Below, piece by piece: positions 1-8,790 of a DNA stretch of 64,000 nucleotides (its first letter is position 1; the number at the start of each line of letters is the position of its first letter). The stretch is taken from NCBI GenBank assembly GCA_039587475.1, contig JBDHIK010000005.1, positions 5,741 to 69,740 of the forward strand. The letters are read 5' to 3'. A program made the translations under genes and the position numbers. The notes under the pieces were generated by a model. That model was not told the DNA's origin. It saw nothing but the letters and a program-made list of their open reading frames with translations, and did not search any database. The DNA is from Gemmatimonadota bacterium. GTDB taxonomy: Bacteria > Gemmatimonadota > Gemmatimonadetes > Gemmatimonadales > GWC2-71-9.

Positions 1-1
1 G

Positions 2-235
2 GACCAGGAGCGCACGGCGGCCCTGGAGAAGACCAAGCAGGAGCAGGAGGCACTGCTCGCCCGCGCCAAGCGAGAGATCGCGACCGAGCGCGAGAAGGCG
101 ATTCGAGCCCTCCGTGAGGAGGCGGTCGACCTGTCGCTGGCCGCCGCGTCCAAACTGATCGAGCAGCGCCTTGATAGCGCCTCGGACCGGGAGTTGGTGC
201 TCGGTTACCTCGGTTCGCTCGAGGAGAAGCATTGA
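2..235 (+). CDS. atpF: F-type ATP synthase subunit b, C-terminal part (5' end outside window)
   Basis: The frame is open from the window edge to TGA 233-235. The translation (...REIATEREKAIRALREEAVDLSLAAASKLIEQRL...) is the charged coiled-coil tail typical of subunit b. Its stop overlaps the TTG start of the next (delta subunit) gene as TTGA. Confidence 0.7.
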   Translation, partial: DQERTAALEKTKQEQEALLARAKREIATEREKAIRALREEAVDLSLAAASKLIEQRLDSASDRELVLGYLGSLEEKH

Positions 236-768
236 GACAGGAAACGGTAGCACTGAACTACGCGGAAGCGCTGTTCGACCTGGCCGGGCCGGACGGGAGC
301 TACGAGCTGTACGCCGAGTACATGGACGCGCTGGCGGCTGCCATCGAGCAGGCGCCGGGCGTCCAGGCGGTGCTCATGTCGCCCCGGGTCACCAAGGAAG
401 AGAAGACGGCGTTGGTGACAGGGGCCTTGGGGGACGCGCCACGCCCGCTGGTGCTGTTTCTGGGCGCGGTCATCAAGCGGGGCCGTCAAGGACTGTTCCG
501 GGACATCTCCAACGCCTACCTGGGGTTGGTGGATGTGAAGTTCAACCGGGTCCGCGCCGACGTTACGCTGGCCCGGGAGGTCGATGCGAGCTTGCGAGAC
601 ACCATTCAGCAGTCGCTGGAGAAGCTTCTCGCCAAAGAAGTCCTCACTCGCTACCACACCGAGCCGGCCCTGCTGGGTGGTGCGGTGATCCGGGTGGGCG
701 ACAGGGTCTACGACGGGTCCGTCCGGCGGCGGGCCACCATGCTGCGCCGTCAGTTGTTGTCACGCTAG
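232..768 (+). CDS. atpH: F-type ATP synthase subunit delta (OSCP)
   Basis: 178-aa ORF with delta/OSCP character (ALNYAEALFDLA N-terminus, LLGGAVIRVGDRVYDGSVRRRATMLRRQL C-terminus). It is translationally coupled to atpF. Confidence 0.85.
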   Translation: MRQETVALNYAEALFDLAGPDGSYELYAEYMDALAAAIEQAPGVQAVLMSPRVTKEEKTALVTGALGDAPRPLVLFLGAVIKRGRQGLFRDISNAYLGLVDVKFNRVRADVTLAREVDASLRDTIQQSLEKLLAKEVLTRYHTEPALLGGAVIRVGDRVYDGSVRRRATMLRRQLLSR

Positions 769-781
769 GCCCTAACCTTCC

Positions 782-898
782 ATGACGCCGCCCCGGCGCA
801 ACGTCGTCATCATCGGCGGAGGCGTCGGCGGGCTCAACGCCGCACGCGGCCTGGCACGACGTCCGGTCCGCGTCACCCTCATCGACCCCGGCCTCTGA
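782..898 (+). pseudogene. Remnant of the N-terminus of a type II NADH dehydrogenase / FAD-dependent pyridine nucleotide-disulfide oxidoreductase
   Basis: 38-codon ORF (ATG 782, TGA 896-898), below the ORF-track size cutoff. It reads MTPPRRNVVIIGGGVGGLNAARGLARRPVRVTLIDPGL, a complete beta-alpha-beta dinucleotide-binding motif (GxGxxG plus terminal acidic residue), and then stops. I saw no convincing continuation in other frames before the next gene at 934. Confidence 0.5.
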
Positions 899-933
899 CA
901 TCTCGTTCCGGGTGATGCTACTCTTCCGGGGCC

Positions 934-1527
934 ATGGGGATCTTTCGTTTCGGCCGGTTCGGACACGGAACCCGGCGTGAGTTGTTCCGGGACGCCGTCG
1001 GCGAGTGGGTGGACCAAGCGGTGGCCAAGGCCGAGAGGCGGGTCGTCACCGAGCGGTACCTCCGACCGCCAGGGGCGCTGCCGGAAATCGCCTTCCTGGC
1101 GGCGTGCACCCGGTGTGGGGACTGCCTGGACGTCTGTCCTCCGCACGCGCTGGTCAAGGCGCCGACCAAGGGTGGCCTCGCGGCTGGAACGCCGCACATC
1201 GACGTGCGGGTGCAGGCCTGCACCGTGTGTGAAGACATGCCGTGCGCCGCCGCGTGCCCGACCGAGGCGTTGACGGTCCCGCCGGACGGGTGGGACGGCC
1301 ACCGCATCGGGATGCTGGAGTTCCTCCCCGAGCGCTGCATCACTTATCGGGGTATCAGCTGCACGGTCTGTGCGGCGGCGTGCCCGGTGGGAGACGCGGC
1401 CCTGGGGATGGACGAGGCCGGCCACCCGGTGCTTCGGGCGGAGGGGTGCGTCGGCTGCGGGGTGTGTGTCACCGCCTGCGTTTCGACGCCGAAGTCGTTT
1501 CGGGTCACACCTGTGGAGAATCGTTGA
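934..1527 (+). CDS. Poly-[4Fe-4S] ferredoxin, NapF-like
   Basis: 197 aa with four Cys clusters (CTRCGDCLDVCP, CTVCEDMPCAAACP, CITYRGISCTVCAAACP, CVGCGVCVTAC). The N-terminal GTRRELFRD resembles the twin-arginine-like motif of NapF-type proteins. Confidence 0.75.
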   Translation: MGIFRFGRFGHGTRRELFRDAVGEWVDQAVAKAERRVVTERYLRPPGALPEIAFLAACTRCGDCLDVCPPHALVKAPTKGGLAAGTPHIDVRVQACTVCEDMPCAAACPTEALTVPPDGWDGHRIGMLEFLPERCITYRGISCTVCAAACPVGDAALGMDEAGHPVLRAEGCVGCGVCVTACVSTPKSFRVTPVENR

Positions 1528-1877
1528 TGGATGTTCCGTATCGCGTGGACAAACCCTGGGGCCACGAACTGGTCTGGGCCAGCACGTCGCATTACGTCGG
1601 CAAGATTCTCCACGTCAAGGCCGGGGAGGTGTTGAGCCTCCAGTATCACCATCAGAAGGACGAGACCATGCATGTTCTGGCCGGCGAGCTGATCCTCCGG
1701 ACCAGGGAGGGCGAGGATCTGGTCGAGCGCCCGTTTGGCCAAGGGGAGAGCGCCCACATTCCGCCGGGTCTCGTGCATCAGATCGAAGCCGTAGTCGATA
1801 GTGACGTCCTCGAAGTTTCCACCCCCCACCTCGACGATCTGGTCCGGCTCCAGGACCGCTATGGAAGGGAGTCCTAG
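1527..1877 (+). CDS. Cupin-domain protein (type II phosphomannose-isomerase-like barrel)
   Basis: ATG 1527 overlaps the upstream TGA (TGATG). KPWGHELVW...LSLQYHHQKDETMHVLAGE...IPPGLVHQIEA carries the cupin His/Glu metal motifs. Confidence 0.75.
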   Translation: MDVPYRVDKPWGHELVWASTSHYVGKILHVKAGEVLSLQYHHQKDETMHVLAGELILRTREGEDLVERPFGQGESAHIPPGLVHQIEAVVDSDVLEVSTPHLDDLVRLQDRYGRES

Positions 1878-2855
1878 GTGCAAGTCATCATCCCGCTCGC
1901 CGGCAAGGGAACCCGGCTCCGCCCGCACACCCATCTCGTGCCCAAGCCGATGCTCAAGGTCGCCGGCCGGCCCGTCATGGATTGGGTCATGGACCGGTTG
2001 GACGGGCTCGACATCGAGGAGTTGATCTTCATCACCGGGCACCTCAAGGAGACGGTGGAGGAGTATGCCTCCGGCAAGTACGGACTGCCGGCGCGCTACG
2101 TGGAACAGACGGTCCAGGACGGCACCGCCGGCGCCGTCAACCTGGCGCGTCCCTATGTCAACGGTCCCGTGCTCATCATCTTCGTCGACACCGTCTTCGA
2201 AGCGGATCTCACGCTGATCAACCGGACGGATGCGGACGGGATCATCTGGGCCAAGGAAGTCGAGGACTACCAGCGATTTGGCGTCGTGGTGACGGACGAA
2301 GACGGCTACATGACCCGGATCGTCGAAAAGCCGTCGGAGCCCATCTCCAAGCTCGCCAACATCGGGTTGTACTACATCAAGGACGTCGAAACGCTCTGGG
2401 CCGGCATCGACCACACGCTGGGGCGCCCGGCGTTCAAAGGCGAATACTTCCTGACCGACGCGTTCCAGTACATGATCGACCAGGGCCGGCGCATTCAGAC
2501 GGCGGAGGTCGGCGGCTGGTACGATTGCGGCAAGCTGGAAACGCTTCTGGAAACCAACGCGACCCTCCTGGCCGCCGGTGCCGCGCAGCGTCGCGATTTC
2601 CCCGGGGTCACCATTCACGACCCCGTCTATATCGAGGACGGCGTCACCATCGAGCAAAGCGAGGTCGGCCCCGGGGTGTCCATTGAAGCGGGGACGACGG
2701 TGGCCCACAGCACGGTACGGAATTCCATCATCGGACGTGACAGCCGGGTGCTCGACGCAACCCTCGTCGATTCCATGGTAGGGAATCGAGTCTCGGTGAC
2801 AGGCATCAGCGGCACGGTCAGCCTGGGGGACGACGCGCAGGTCACCGGCAACTAG
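1878..2855 (+). CDS. Sugar-phosphate nucleotidyltransferase with C-terminal left-handed beta-helix
   Basis: GTG 1878 directly follows the cupin TAG. It has the N-terminal IIPLAGKGTRLRPHTHLVPKPML signature (GxGTRLxPxT) and C-terminal hexapeptide-repeat-like segments (VYIEDGVTIEQSEVGPGVSIEAGTTV...). Confidence 0.8.
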   Translation: MQVIIPLAGKGTRLRPHTHLVPKPMLKVAGRPVMDWVMDRLDGLDIEELIFITGHLKETVEEYASGKYGLPARYVEQTVQDGTAGAVNLARPYVNGPVLIIFVDTVFEADLTLINRTDADGIIWAKEVEDYQRFGVVVTDEDGYMTRIVEKPSEPISKLANIGLYYIKDVETLWAGIDHTLGRPAFKGEYFLTDAFQYMIDQGRRIQTAEVGGWYDCGKLETLLETNATLLAAGAAQRRDFPGVTIHDPVYIEDGVTIEQSEVGPGVSIEAGTTVAHSTVRNSIIGRDSRVLDATLVDSMVGNRVSVTGISGTVSLGDDAQVTGN

Positions 2856-2894
2856 CCTGATGGCACCTCCTGCGGGGTGCCGGTGGAGGCCAGG

Positions 2895-4130
2895 ATGAAG
2901 CACAGCGAGCTGATTTTCGACTGGAACGACCAGGACGGAGCGTTCGACTACCGCACTGCCCAGGTGGTCCTCAACGATGAGACGCTCCGCGACGGTCTCC
3001 AGAGTCCGTCCGTGGTCGACCCACCGATGGACGCCAAGATCCGGTTGCTCCACCTCATGGCCGACGTCGGGGTGCGGGCTGCCGACATCGGCCTCCCGGG
3101 TGCCGGGCCCAGGGTCGTCGAGCAGGTGCGGATGCTGGCGCGGGAAATCGTCGACGCGGACCTCCCCATCGATCCCAATTGCGCCGCCCGTACGGTCATT
3201 GCCGATATCGAGCCGATCGTCGATGTCGCCCAGGAGGTCGGGCGGCCCATCGAGGCCGCCACCTTCATCGGATCCTCAGCCATTCGACAGTTCACGGAAG
3301 GCTGGACCATGGAGAAGATGCTCACCGCTACCGAGGAGGCGGTGACTTTCGCCGTGGATCACGACCTCCCCGTCATGTACGTCACCGAGGACACCACCCG
3401 GGCCCAACCCGATACCCTGCGCCGCCTGTACGGCACCGCCATCCGATGTGGCGCGCGCCGCGTGTGCCTGTCGGACACCACGGGGCATGCGACGCCGGCT
3501 GGGGTTCGGGCGCTGGTACGCTTCATCCGGGATGACGTCGTGGCCCCGAGCGGCGAAGAGGTGAAGATCGACTGGCACGGGCACCGCGACCGGGGCCTGG
3601 GGCTCGCCAACTGCCTTGCCGCCATCGAGGCCGGCGTCGATCGGGTCCACGCCACGGCTCTGGGGATCGGGGAACGAGTCGGGAACGCCGAGATGGACCT
3701 GCTCATCGTCAACCTGTACCTCCTGGGTGCCCTGGATCAGGATCTGAGCCGCCTGGTGGAGTATTGCCAGGTGGCCGCGGAGGTGACCGGCGTCGCCATT
3801 CCCGCGACCTATCCGGTCATCGGGTCGGATGCCTTCCGCACCGCCACCGGGGTCCATGCCGCCGCCATCATCAAGGCGCGCAAGAAGGGCGATACCTGGC
3901 TGGCGGACCGCGTCTATTCCAGTGTGCCTGCCGTCGTGTTCGGCCTGTCCCAGCGCATCGAGATCTCTCCGGTGTCGGGACTGTCCAACGTCAAGTGCTG
4001 GCTGGAGGAACACGGCTACGATCCGGACGACGACGCCATCTGTCAGGTGCTGTTCGAGGCCGCCAAGCGGACCGACCGGGTGCTCTCGGACGAAGAGTGC
4101 CACCGGCTCGTGGCCACGGTCTCCGCATGA
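2895..4130 (+). CDS. DRE-TIM metallolyase of the 2-isopropylmalate/homocitrate synthase family (no LeuA regulatory domain)
   Basis: ATG 2895 is preceded by GGAGG at 2885-2889. Motifs present are ETLRDGLQSP, HGHRDRGLGLANCLAAIEAG and GIGERVGNAEMD. The protein ends soon after the catalytic and linker subdomains. Confidence 0.75.
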   Translation: MKHSELIFDWNDQDGAFDYRTAQVVLNDETLRDGLQSPSVVDPPMDAKIRLLHLMADVGVRAADIGLPGAGPRVVEQVRMLAREIVDADLPIDPNCAARTVIADIEPIVDVAQEVGRPIEAATFIGSSAIRQFTEGWTMEKMLTATEEAVTFAVDHDLPVMYVTEDTTRAQPDTLRRLYGTAIRCGARRVCLSDTTGHATPAGVRALVRFIRDDVVAPSGEEVKIDWHGHRDRGLGLANCLAAIEAGVDRVHATALGIGERVGNAEMDLLIVNLYLLGALDQDLSRLVEYCQVAAEVTGVAIPATYPVIGSDAFRTATGVHAAAIIKARKKGDTWLADRVYSSVPAVVFGLSQRIEISPVSGLSNVKCWLEEHGYDPDDDAICQVLFEAAKRTDRVLSDEECHRLVATVSA

Positions 4131-5779
4131 CCTCCGTGCGGTCCGACGGGCCTCCGGTATCTCCGGCCGTCACCGACGAGCTGTGCCAGTCGTATCTCGA
4201 CCTCAAGTGGCACTTCGACCCCGCTGCCGGTTCTGAAGCCGGGGTGCCGGATCAGGACGGCCGCCTCGGCAGCTTCGACGTGGAATCGGTCAGGGAACAC
4301 CTGGCGGCATTCCAGTCCCTGGCGATGGCGGTCGAGGACCTGGCCGTCGAGGATCTGCAGGACGAGATCGACCGCACCGCGCTGCTCGACGAGATCAGGG
4401 TCACCCGGTTCCGTTTCGAGTCCGAGCGGCCCCACACCCGGAATCCGGCCTTCTGGCTGGGGCACGTCTTCGATGCGCTGTACCATCTGCTCATCCGCAC
4501 GGACCACGACCCGGCACATAGGGCTGCCGCCGCGCTGAGCAGGCTCGAAGCGCTGCCGGACTTCTTGGCCATGGCGGAGGCGACCCTGGAAGAGCCGCCG
4601 TCGGTCTTCCTGGACGCGGCGGTGGCCATGCTGCCCGGAGGCGAAGATCTCATCGCCCGAACCGCTGGAACGCTCGGTGGGGAAGTGCCGGAGCAGGCCG
4701 AGGCGCTACGCCTTGCCGCCGCCGGGGCCACCAGCGCCCTCACCGTCTTCGGCGACGCGTTGCGCACAGATCTGGCAATCCACCCCGATGAAATGGCCTT
4801 CGCCGTCGGCGAGGACCAATTCGAGCACCGCCTCCATCTGGAACACGCCCTCAGGCAGACGGCCCCGGAACTGTGGCGCTACGGGCTTCGGCTGGAGGAG
4901 GAGGTCACGGCCCGGCTCACCGAGTTGGCGGGAGACATGGCCCCGGGGACCCATTGGCGGGACCTGATCGAGAACCTCAGGGACGATACGCTGCCAGGCG
5001 GCGAGCTCCTCGAGGCCTACCGGGAGGAACTGACACGGGCGCGTCGGCTCACGGCCGAGTGCGACCTGGCCACCATTCCCGATGGCCCGCTCTCGGTGGT
5101 CGCCACGCCCGAGTTCATGCGGCCGCTCATTCCCATCGCGGCCTATCAGCCCCCGGGACCCCTCATGAGCAACAGGACCGGGTATTTCTACGTTTCGGTT
5201 CCCGATAGTGGGGAGCCCGACGAGGTCCAGGCCCAGTTGCGGGACCACTGCCGCCACGAGCTGCCGACGATCGCGGTCCACGAGGCCTATCCGGGACATC
5301 ACCTCCAGATCCTGACGGCGCACCGCCAGCGGTCTCTGGTGAGGCGGTTCGTGTGGTCACCGGTCACGGTAGAAGGGTGGGCCCTCTACTGCGAAGAGCT
5401 GATGTCGGAGCAGGGGTTCTATCGGACGCCTGAGGCCAGCCTCTTCCAGCTGGCCATGCTGCTGTGGCGTGCCGTTCGAATCGTGCTCGACGTCGGCCTG
5501 CACACCCGTGGCATGACGCCTGGCGCCGCCGTGGACTACCTGCTGGAGCGGCTGCCGATGAACCGCTCGGCGGCCGAGGCGGAGGTGAGGCGTTACTGCG
5601 CCATGCCGACCTACCAGTTGTGTTATGCCGTCGGCCGTCGGGACATCCTGGCTCTGCGGGAGGCCTGTCGCGAGCGGGACGGCGAGGCGTTCCGGCTTCG
5701 CACATTCCACGACGACCTGATGAGCTACGGCGGCCTGCCGGTCTCCCTGGCGCGCTGGGGCATGGGTCTGAACCCGTAG
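4127..5779 (+). CDS. DUF885-family protein (putative metalloenzyme)
   Basis: ATG 4127 overlaps the upstream stop (ATGA). The protein is about 550 aa with a HEAYPGHHLQ motif typical of DUF885. The 671-aa ORF-track start lies inside the preceding gene and was trimmed. Confidence 0.65.
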   Translation: MTSVRSDGPPVSPAVTDELCQSYLDLKWHFDPAAGSEAGVPDQDGRLGSFDVESVREHLAAFQSLAMAVEDLAVEDLQDEIDRTALLDEIRVTRFRFESERPHTRNPAFWLGHVFDALYHLLIRTDHDPAHRAAAALSRLEALPDFLAMAEATLEEPPSVFLDAAVAMLPGGEDLIARTAGTLGGEVPEQAEALRLAAAGATSALTVFGDALRTDLAIHPDEMAFAVGEDQFEHRLHLEHALRQTAPELWRYGLRLEEEVTARLTELAGDMAPGTHWRDLIENLRDDTLPGGELLEAYREELTRARRLTAECDLATIPDGPLSVVATPEFMRPLIPIAAYQPPGPLMSNRTGYFYVSVPDSGEPDEVQAQLRDHCRHELPTIAVHEAYPGHHLQILTAHRQRSLVRRFVWSPVTVEGWALYCEELMSEQGFYRTPEASLFQLAMLLWRAVRIVLDVGLHTRGMTPGAAVDYLLERLPMNRSAAEAEVRRYCAMPTYQLCYAVGRRDILALREACRERDGEAFRLRTFHDDLMSYGGLPVSLARWGMGLNP

Positions 5780-5829
5780 TTGGTACGGCTGCTTGCCGAC
5801 CGTCTTTCCGGCCCGTAGCTTGGTGGCAC

Positions 5830-6696
5830 ATGCCCAACAGATCACCGCATTTCAGCCCTGACGACTCCTGGTCTTCCGGTGCGACGGACACCCAGGAGGT
5901 CGTGCTGGAAGAGCCCCAGGCCGTCGAGCCGCCGCCCGGCTTTCGCGGCAAGAACGTCGTCGTTACCGGCGGCGCCACCGGACTGGGCCTGGCCGTCTCC
6001 CTGGAGTTCGCGCGTCGCGGCTGTGGGGTAGCCTTCTGTTTCCTCGATCTTCCCGAGCGCGATGTGGCGGAACAGGCCCTTCTGGCGGAGACGGCGCTGG
6101 CGGCGATGGGAGTGCCGGTCTACGCCGTCCGTTGCGACATACGTGACAGTGGCCAGGTCAACTCTTTCGTCACCAGAGCTCACGAGCGCCTGGGCGGTAT
6201 CCATTATCTGGTGAACAACGCAGGCATCGCGCATGACGGCGCCCTGTGGCGTATGAGTGACGACAATTGGCGTCGGGTCCTCGATACCAACGTCACCGGG
6301 GCGTTCAATTGCATTCGTGCCGTGGCCCCGATATTCAGGGCACAGCGCTACGGGAAGATCGTCAACGTCAGCGCCCACCAGGCTGCCCGACCGGGCTTCG
6401 GGGTGGCCAATTACGCCTCCAGCAAGGCAGCGCTCCTGGGCCTCACCAAGTCCTCCGCGGTCGAATTGGGCCCCACCAATGTCAACGTCAACGCGGTCGC
6501 ACCTGGGTTCGTACGAACCGAACGCCTGGCCCTCCTTCCGGGCGAAGTGGTGGAACGGGCCCGGAGGAGCTCCGTACTGGGCCGAGTGGCAGAGCCCGAG
6601 GACATCGCTAGGGTGGTGGCGTTTCTCTGCTCCGACGAGGCGCGCCACGTCACCGGTCAGACCATCGTGGTCGACGGCGGCATGTCGCTGGAATAG
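5830..6696 (+). CDS. Short-chain dehydrogenase/reductase, FabG-like
   Basis: TGGATGLGLA cofactor motif, NNAG and YASSK catalytic motifs. There is an N-terminal extension of about 40 aa with no homology, so the start is uncertain (ATG 5830 chosen). Confidence 0.8.
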   Translation: MPNRSPHFSPDDSWSSGATDTQEVVLEEPQAVEPPPGFRGKNVVVTGGATGLGLAVSLEFARRGCGVAFCFLDLPERDVAEQALLAETALAAMGVPVYAVRCDIRDSGQVNSFVTRAHERLGGIHYLVNNAGIAHDGALWRMSDDNWRRVLDTNVTGAFNCIRAVAPIFRAQRYGKIVNVSAHQAARPGFGVANYASSKAALLGLTKSSAVELGPTNVNVNAVAPGFVRTERLALLPGEVVERARRSSVLGRVAEPEDIARVVAFLCSDEARHVTGQTIVVDGGMSLE

Positions 6697-6846
6697 CGGT
6701 CGGATCCCGCGCGCCACTCCCTTCAGGTTTGAATCCGCCCCGGCGGCCATTAGTTTTCCGGCGAGAATTCGGGGACGGGCCACACCCGCGGCAGTCTCTG
6801 TAACATCTTGTCACTAAAGTACTTACCAAAGGCCATCTAGCCGGGA

Positions 6847-7509
6847 GTGATCGTGCGGACTTTGTTGCTGGGCGGTCTTTTCGTTGTCGCGCTCGGGTGC
6901 GGCGGCGGCAGTCAGTACGACGCGCCGGAAGCGCCTGCGCCGGAGGAGTTGGATGCCATCACCAACCTGCCGCTCCGGTCGGAGGTCTTCGCCGGCCAGG
7001 ATCTGGTGGTCCTGCCGATCACGCTGGTGGTGCCCGACTCCACTCTGGTGAACGGCGAGCTGTTCCAGCACCGAGACATCCTGTTGCGCATGGCGGACTC
7101 GGTCATCCAGTCCATGCTGGAATCGCGCGCCCCCGACGTCGCCTGGAAGTTTCCACCAGAGCTTCGACGCACGGCTTCCCGTTCGCCGGGGATGGTGCCC
7201 GATCCGGACCGCATGGGACAGTCGGTGATGCGCACGCCGTCCCTCGAGACCGTGCCTGACCCGTTCCGCTCCAATCTGCGTACCCTCGTCGGGGTGACGG
7301 GGGGCCGCCTGGCGTTCGTGCCATCGGCGCTGGTCTTCAGCCAACCCGAGCCCGGCACGGTGACGGCGCGCCTCATGCTGGTGATGGCGGATGCCAGGAC
7401 CGGCCGGGTGGTGTGGCGTTCGCTGGCGCGGGGTGACGGTGGCAGCTTGCCCAGGGCGCTTGGGGCGGCCATGGAGGCCATCCTCCCGATCCAGACCTTC
7501 AATCCGTGA
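6847..7509 (+). CDS. Hypothetical lipoprotein
   Basis: GTG 6847 has GGAG 6 nt upstream. It has a signal peptide with lipobox (FVVALG|C). No domain was recognised. Confidence 0.55.
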   Translation: MIVRTLLLGGLFVVALGCGGGSQYDAPEAPAPEELDAITNLPLRSEVFAGQDLVVLPITLVVPDSTLVNGELFQHRDILLRMADSVIQSMLESRAPDVAWKFPPELRRTASRSPGMVPDPDRMGQSVMRTPSLETVPDPFRSNLRTLVGVTGGRLAFVPSALVFSQPEPGTVTARLMLVMADARTGRVVWRSLARGDGGSLPRALGAAMEAILPIQTFNP

Positions 7510-8522
7510 CCTACGATATCACCCTGATCGCCGGGGACGGCATCGGACCCGAAATCACCCGGGCCGCGTGCCGGGTGCTCGAGGCCACCGGACTCGATCT
7601 GCGGTGGGACGAACAACTGGCCGGCGTGACCGCCATCGAGGCCACCGGCACGCCCCTTCCCGATGCCACGCTGGAGAGCATCCGCCGGCACCGCGTGGCG
7701 CTCAAGGGGCCCCTCACGACGCCGGTGGGCACCGGATTCCGCTCGGTCAACGTGGCGCTGCGCAAGGAATTCAACCTCTACGCCAACGTGCGGCCTACCA
7801 AGACGATGCTGCCCGGCGGTCGCTTCGAGGGGGTGGACCTCGTCCTGGTTCGTGAGAATCTCGAAGGACTGTACATCGGCGTCGAGCACTTCGTCGGGGT
7901 CGGCGGCGACCCTCGAGCGGTTGCGGAGTCGATGGCGATCGTGACTCGTGAAGGGTGTGAGCGCATCATTCGTTTTGCGTTCGAGTACGCCGTGGCCCAG
8001 GGACGTCGCAAAGTCAGCATCATTCACAAGGCCAACATTCTCAAGATGGTCAGCGGACTGTTTCTCGAGGTGGGAAGGGATGTCGCCCGGGACTTCGAGG
8101 GTCAGGTGGACTGGAACGACCTGATCATCGACAACACCGCCATGCAGATGGTGCTGCGTCCAGAACAGTTCGATGTCATCGTGACCACGAACATGTTCGG
8201 CGACATCCTGTCAGACCTGGCCTCGGGGTTGGTGGGTGGGCTTGGCCTGGCGCCCGGCGCCAACATCGGGACCGATGCCGGCCTGTTCGAGGCGGTCCAT
8301 GGCAGTGCCCCCGATATCGCCGGCCAGGGCGTGGCGAATCCGGCGGCCCTGATGCTGGCCGGCGCCATGTTGTTCGACCATCTCGGTGAACACGACCACG
8401 CCACACGGGTCCGGAAGGCCATCGAAGACACGATCGTGGAAGACGACGTCCGGACTCGAGACCTCGGCGGCCGAGCCTCGACCGCGGAATTCGGTGATGC
8501 TGTCGCACGACGGCTTTCTTGA
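7506..8522 (+). CDS. NAD-dependent isocitrate (or homoisocitrate) dehydrogenase, IDH3-like
   Basis: 338 aa of the beta-decarboxylating dehydrogenase family (IAGDGIGPEI, NLYANVRP, NMFGDILSDL). GTG 7506 overlaps the upstream TGA (GTGA). Confidence 0.85.
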   Translation: MTYDITLIAGDGIGPEITRAACRVLEATGLDLRWDEQLAGVTAIEATGTPLPDATLESIRRHRVALKGPLTTPVGTGFRSVNVALRKEFNLYANVRPTKTMLPGGRFEGVDLVLVRENLEGLYIGVEHFVGVGGDPRAVAESMAIVTREGCERIIRFAFEYAVAQGRRKVSIIHKANILKMVSGLFLEVGRDVARDFEGQVDWNDLIIDNTAMQMVLRPEQFDVIVTTNMFGDILSDLASGLVGGLGLAPGANIGTDAGLFEAVHGSAPDIAGQGVANPAALMLAGAMLFDHLGEHDHATRVRKAIEDTIVEDDVRTRDLGGRASTAEFGDAVARRLS

Positions 8523-8790
8523 AGTCCCCTGCGCCCGATGTGGTCGCAAGGGAGCCAAGATCCAGTGGGGCGAACTGTGTCCCGTGTGCCGCGAGGAACG
8601 GCAGCGGAAGGCCAGCCGGATCGGCCGGCTGGTCGCGATACCCTCAACCATGGCGGTGGGACTGTGGGTCCTGTTGAGCGTTCCGGCCGACGTCCCCCTG
8701 GCCCGGGTGTATGGCATGGTCGCGGTGGTTGCGACCTACGTGCTGGTGCGCCGTATCGTGTCCCGGGTGGCGCAGGACTTCGTCAAATGA
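8497..8790 (+). CDS. Small zinc-ribbon membrane protein (hypothetical)
   Basis: 97 aa with CARC...CPVC (CxxC-x16-CxxC) followed by two hydrophobic helices. The start lies inside the last 26 nt of the dehydrogenase gene. Confidence 0.45.
   Translation: MLSHDGFLEVPCARCGRKGAKIQWGELCPVCREERQRKASRIGRLVAIPSTMAVGLWVLLSVPADVPLARVYGMVAVVATYVLVRRIVSRVAQDFVK

Noticed and set aside
1344-3053. Very long antisense ORFs opposite well-supported genes. Examples are 1344..3053(-), 9689..11113(-), 32326..33957(-), 49017..50801(-), 45278..46639(+), 53327..55051(+), 22468..23904(+) and 62507..63733(+).
   Set aside because: Their translations are Arg/Gly/Pro/His-rich and low in complexity, with no recognisable motifs. 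They lie exactly opposite genes with strong family signatures. Stop-poor antisense frames are the expected shadow-ORF artefact in GC-rich DNA.
3764-4126. N-terminal extensions in the ORF track (671-aa DUF885 ORF, 410-aa SDR ORF, 530-aa DUF4139 ORF, 338-aa etfB ORF and others).
   Set aside because: The extensions overlap the preceding genes in another frame and have shadow-ORF composition. Internal starts that restore signal peptides, or that overlap the upstream stop codon, were preferred.
6718-6749. A tRNA-like 3' fragment (AGGTTTGAATCCGCCCCGGCGGCCA) resembling a T-loop plus acceptor-CCA, which could mark an integration-site relic.
   Set aside because: The putative T-stem does not pair (only 2 of 5 bp). 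A full tRNA would have to start inside the SDR coding region. No integrase or direct repeat is nearby.
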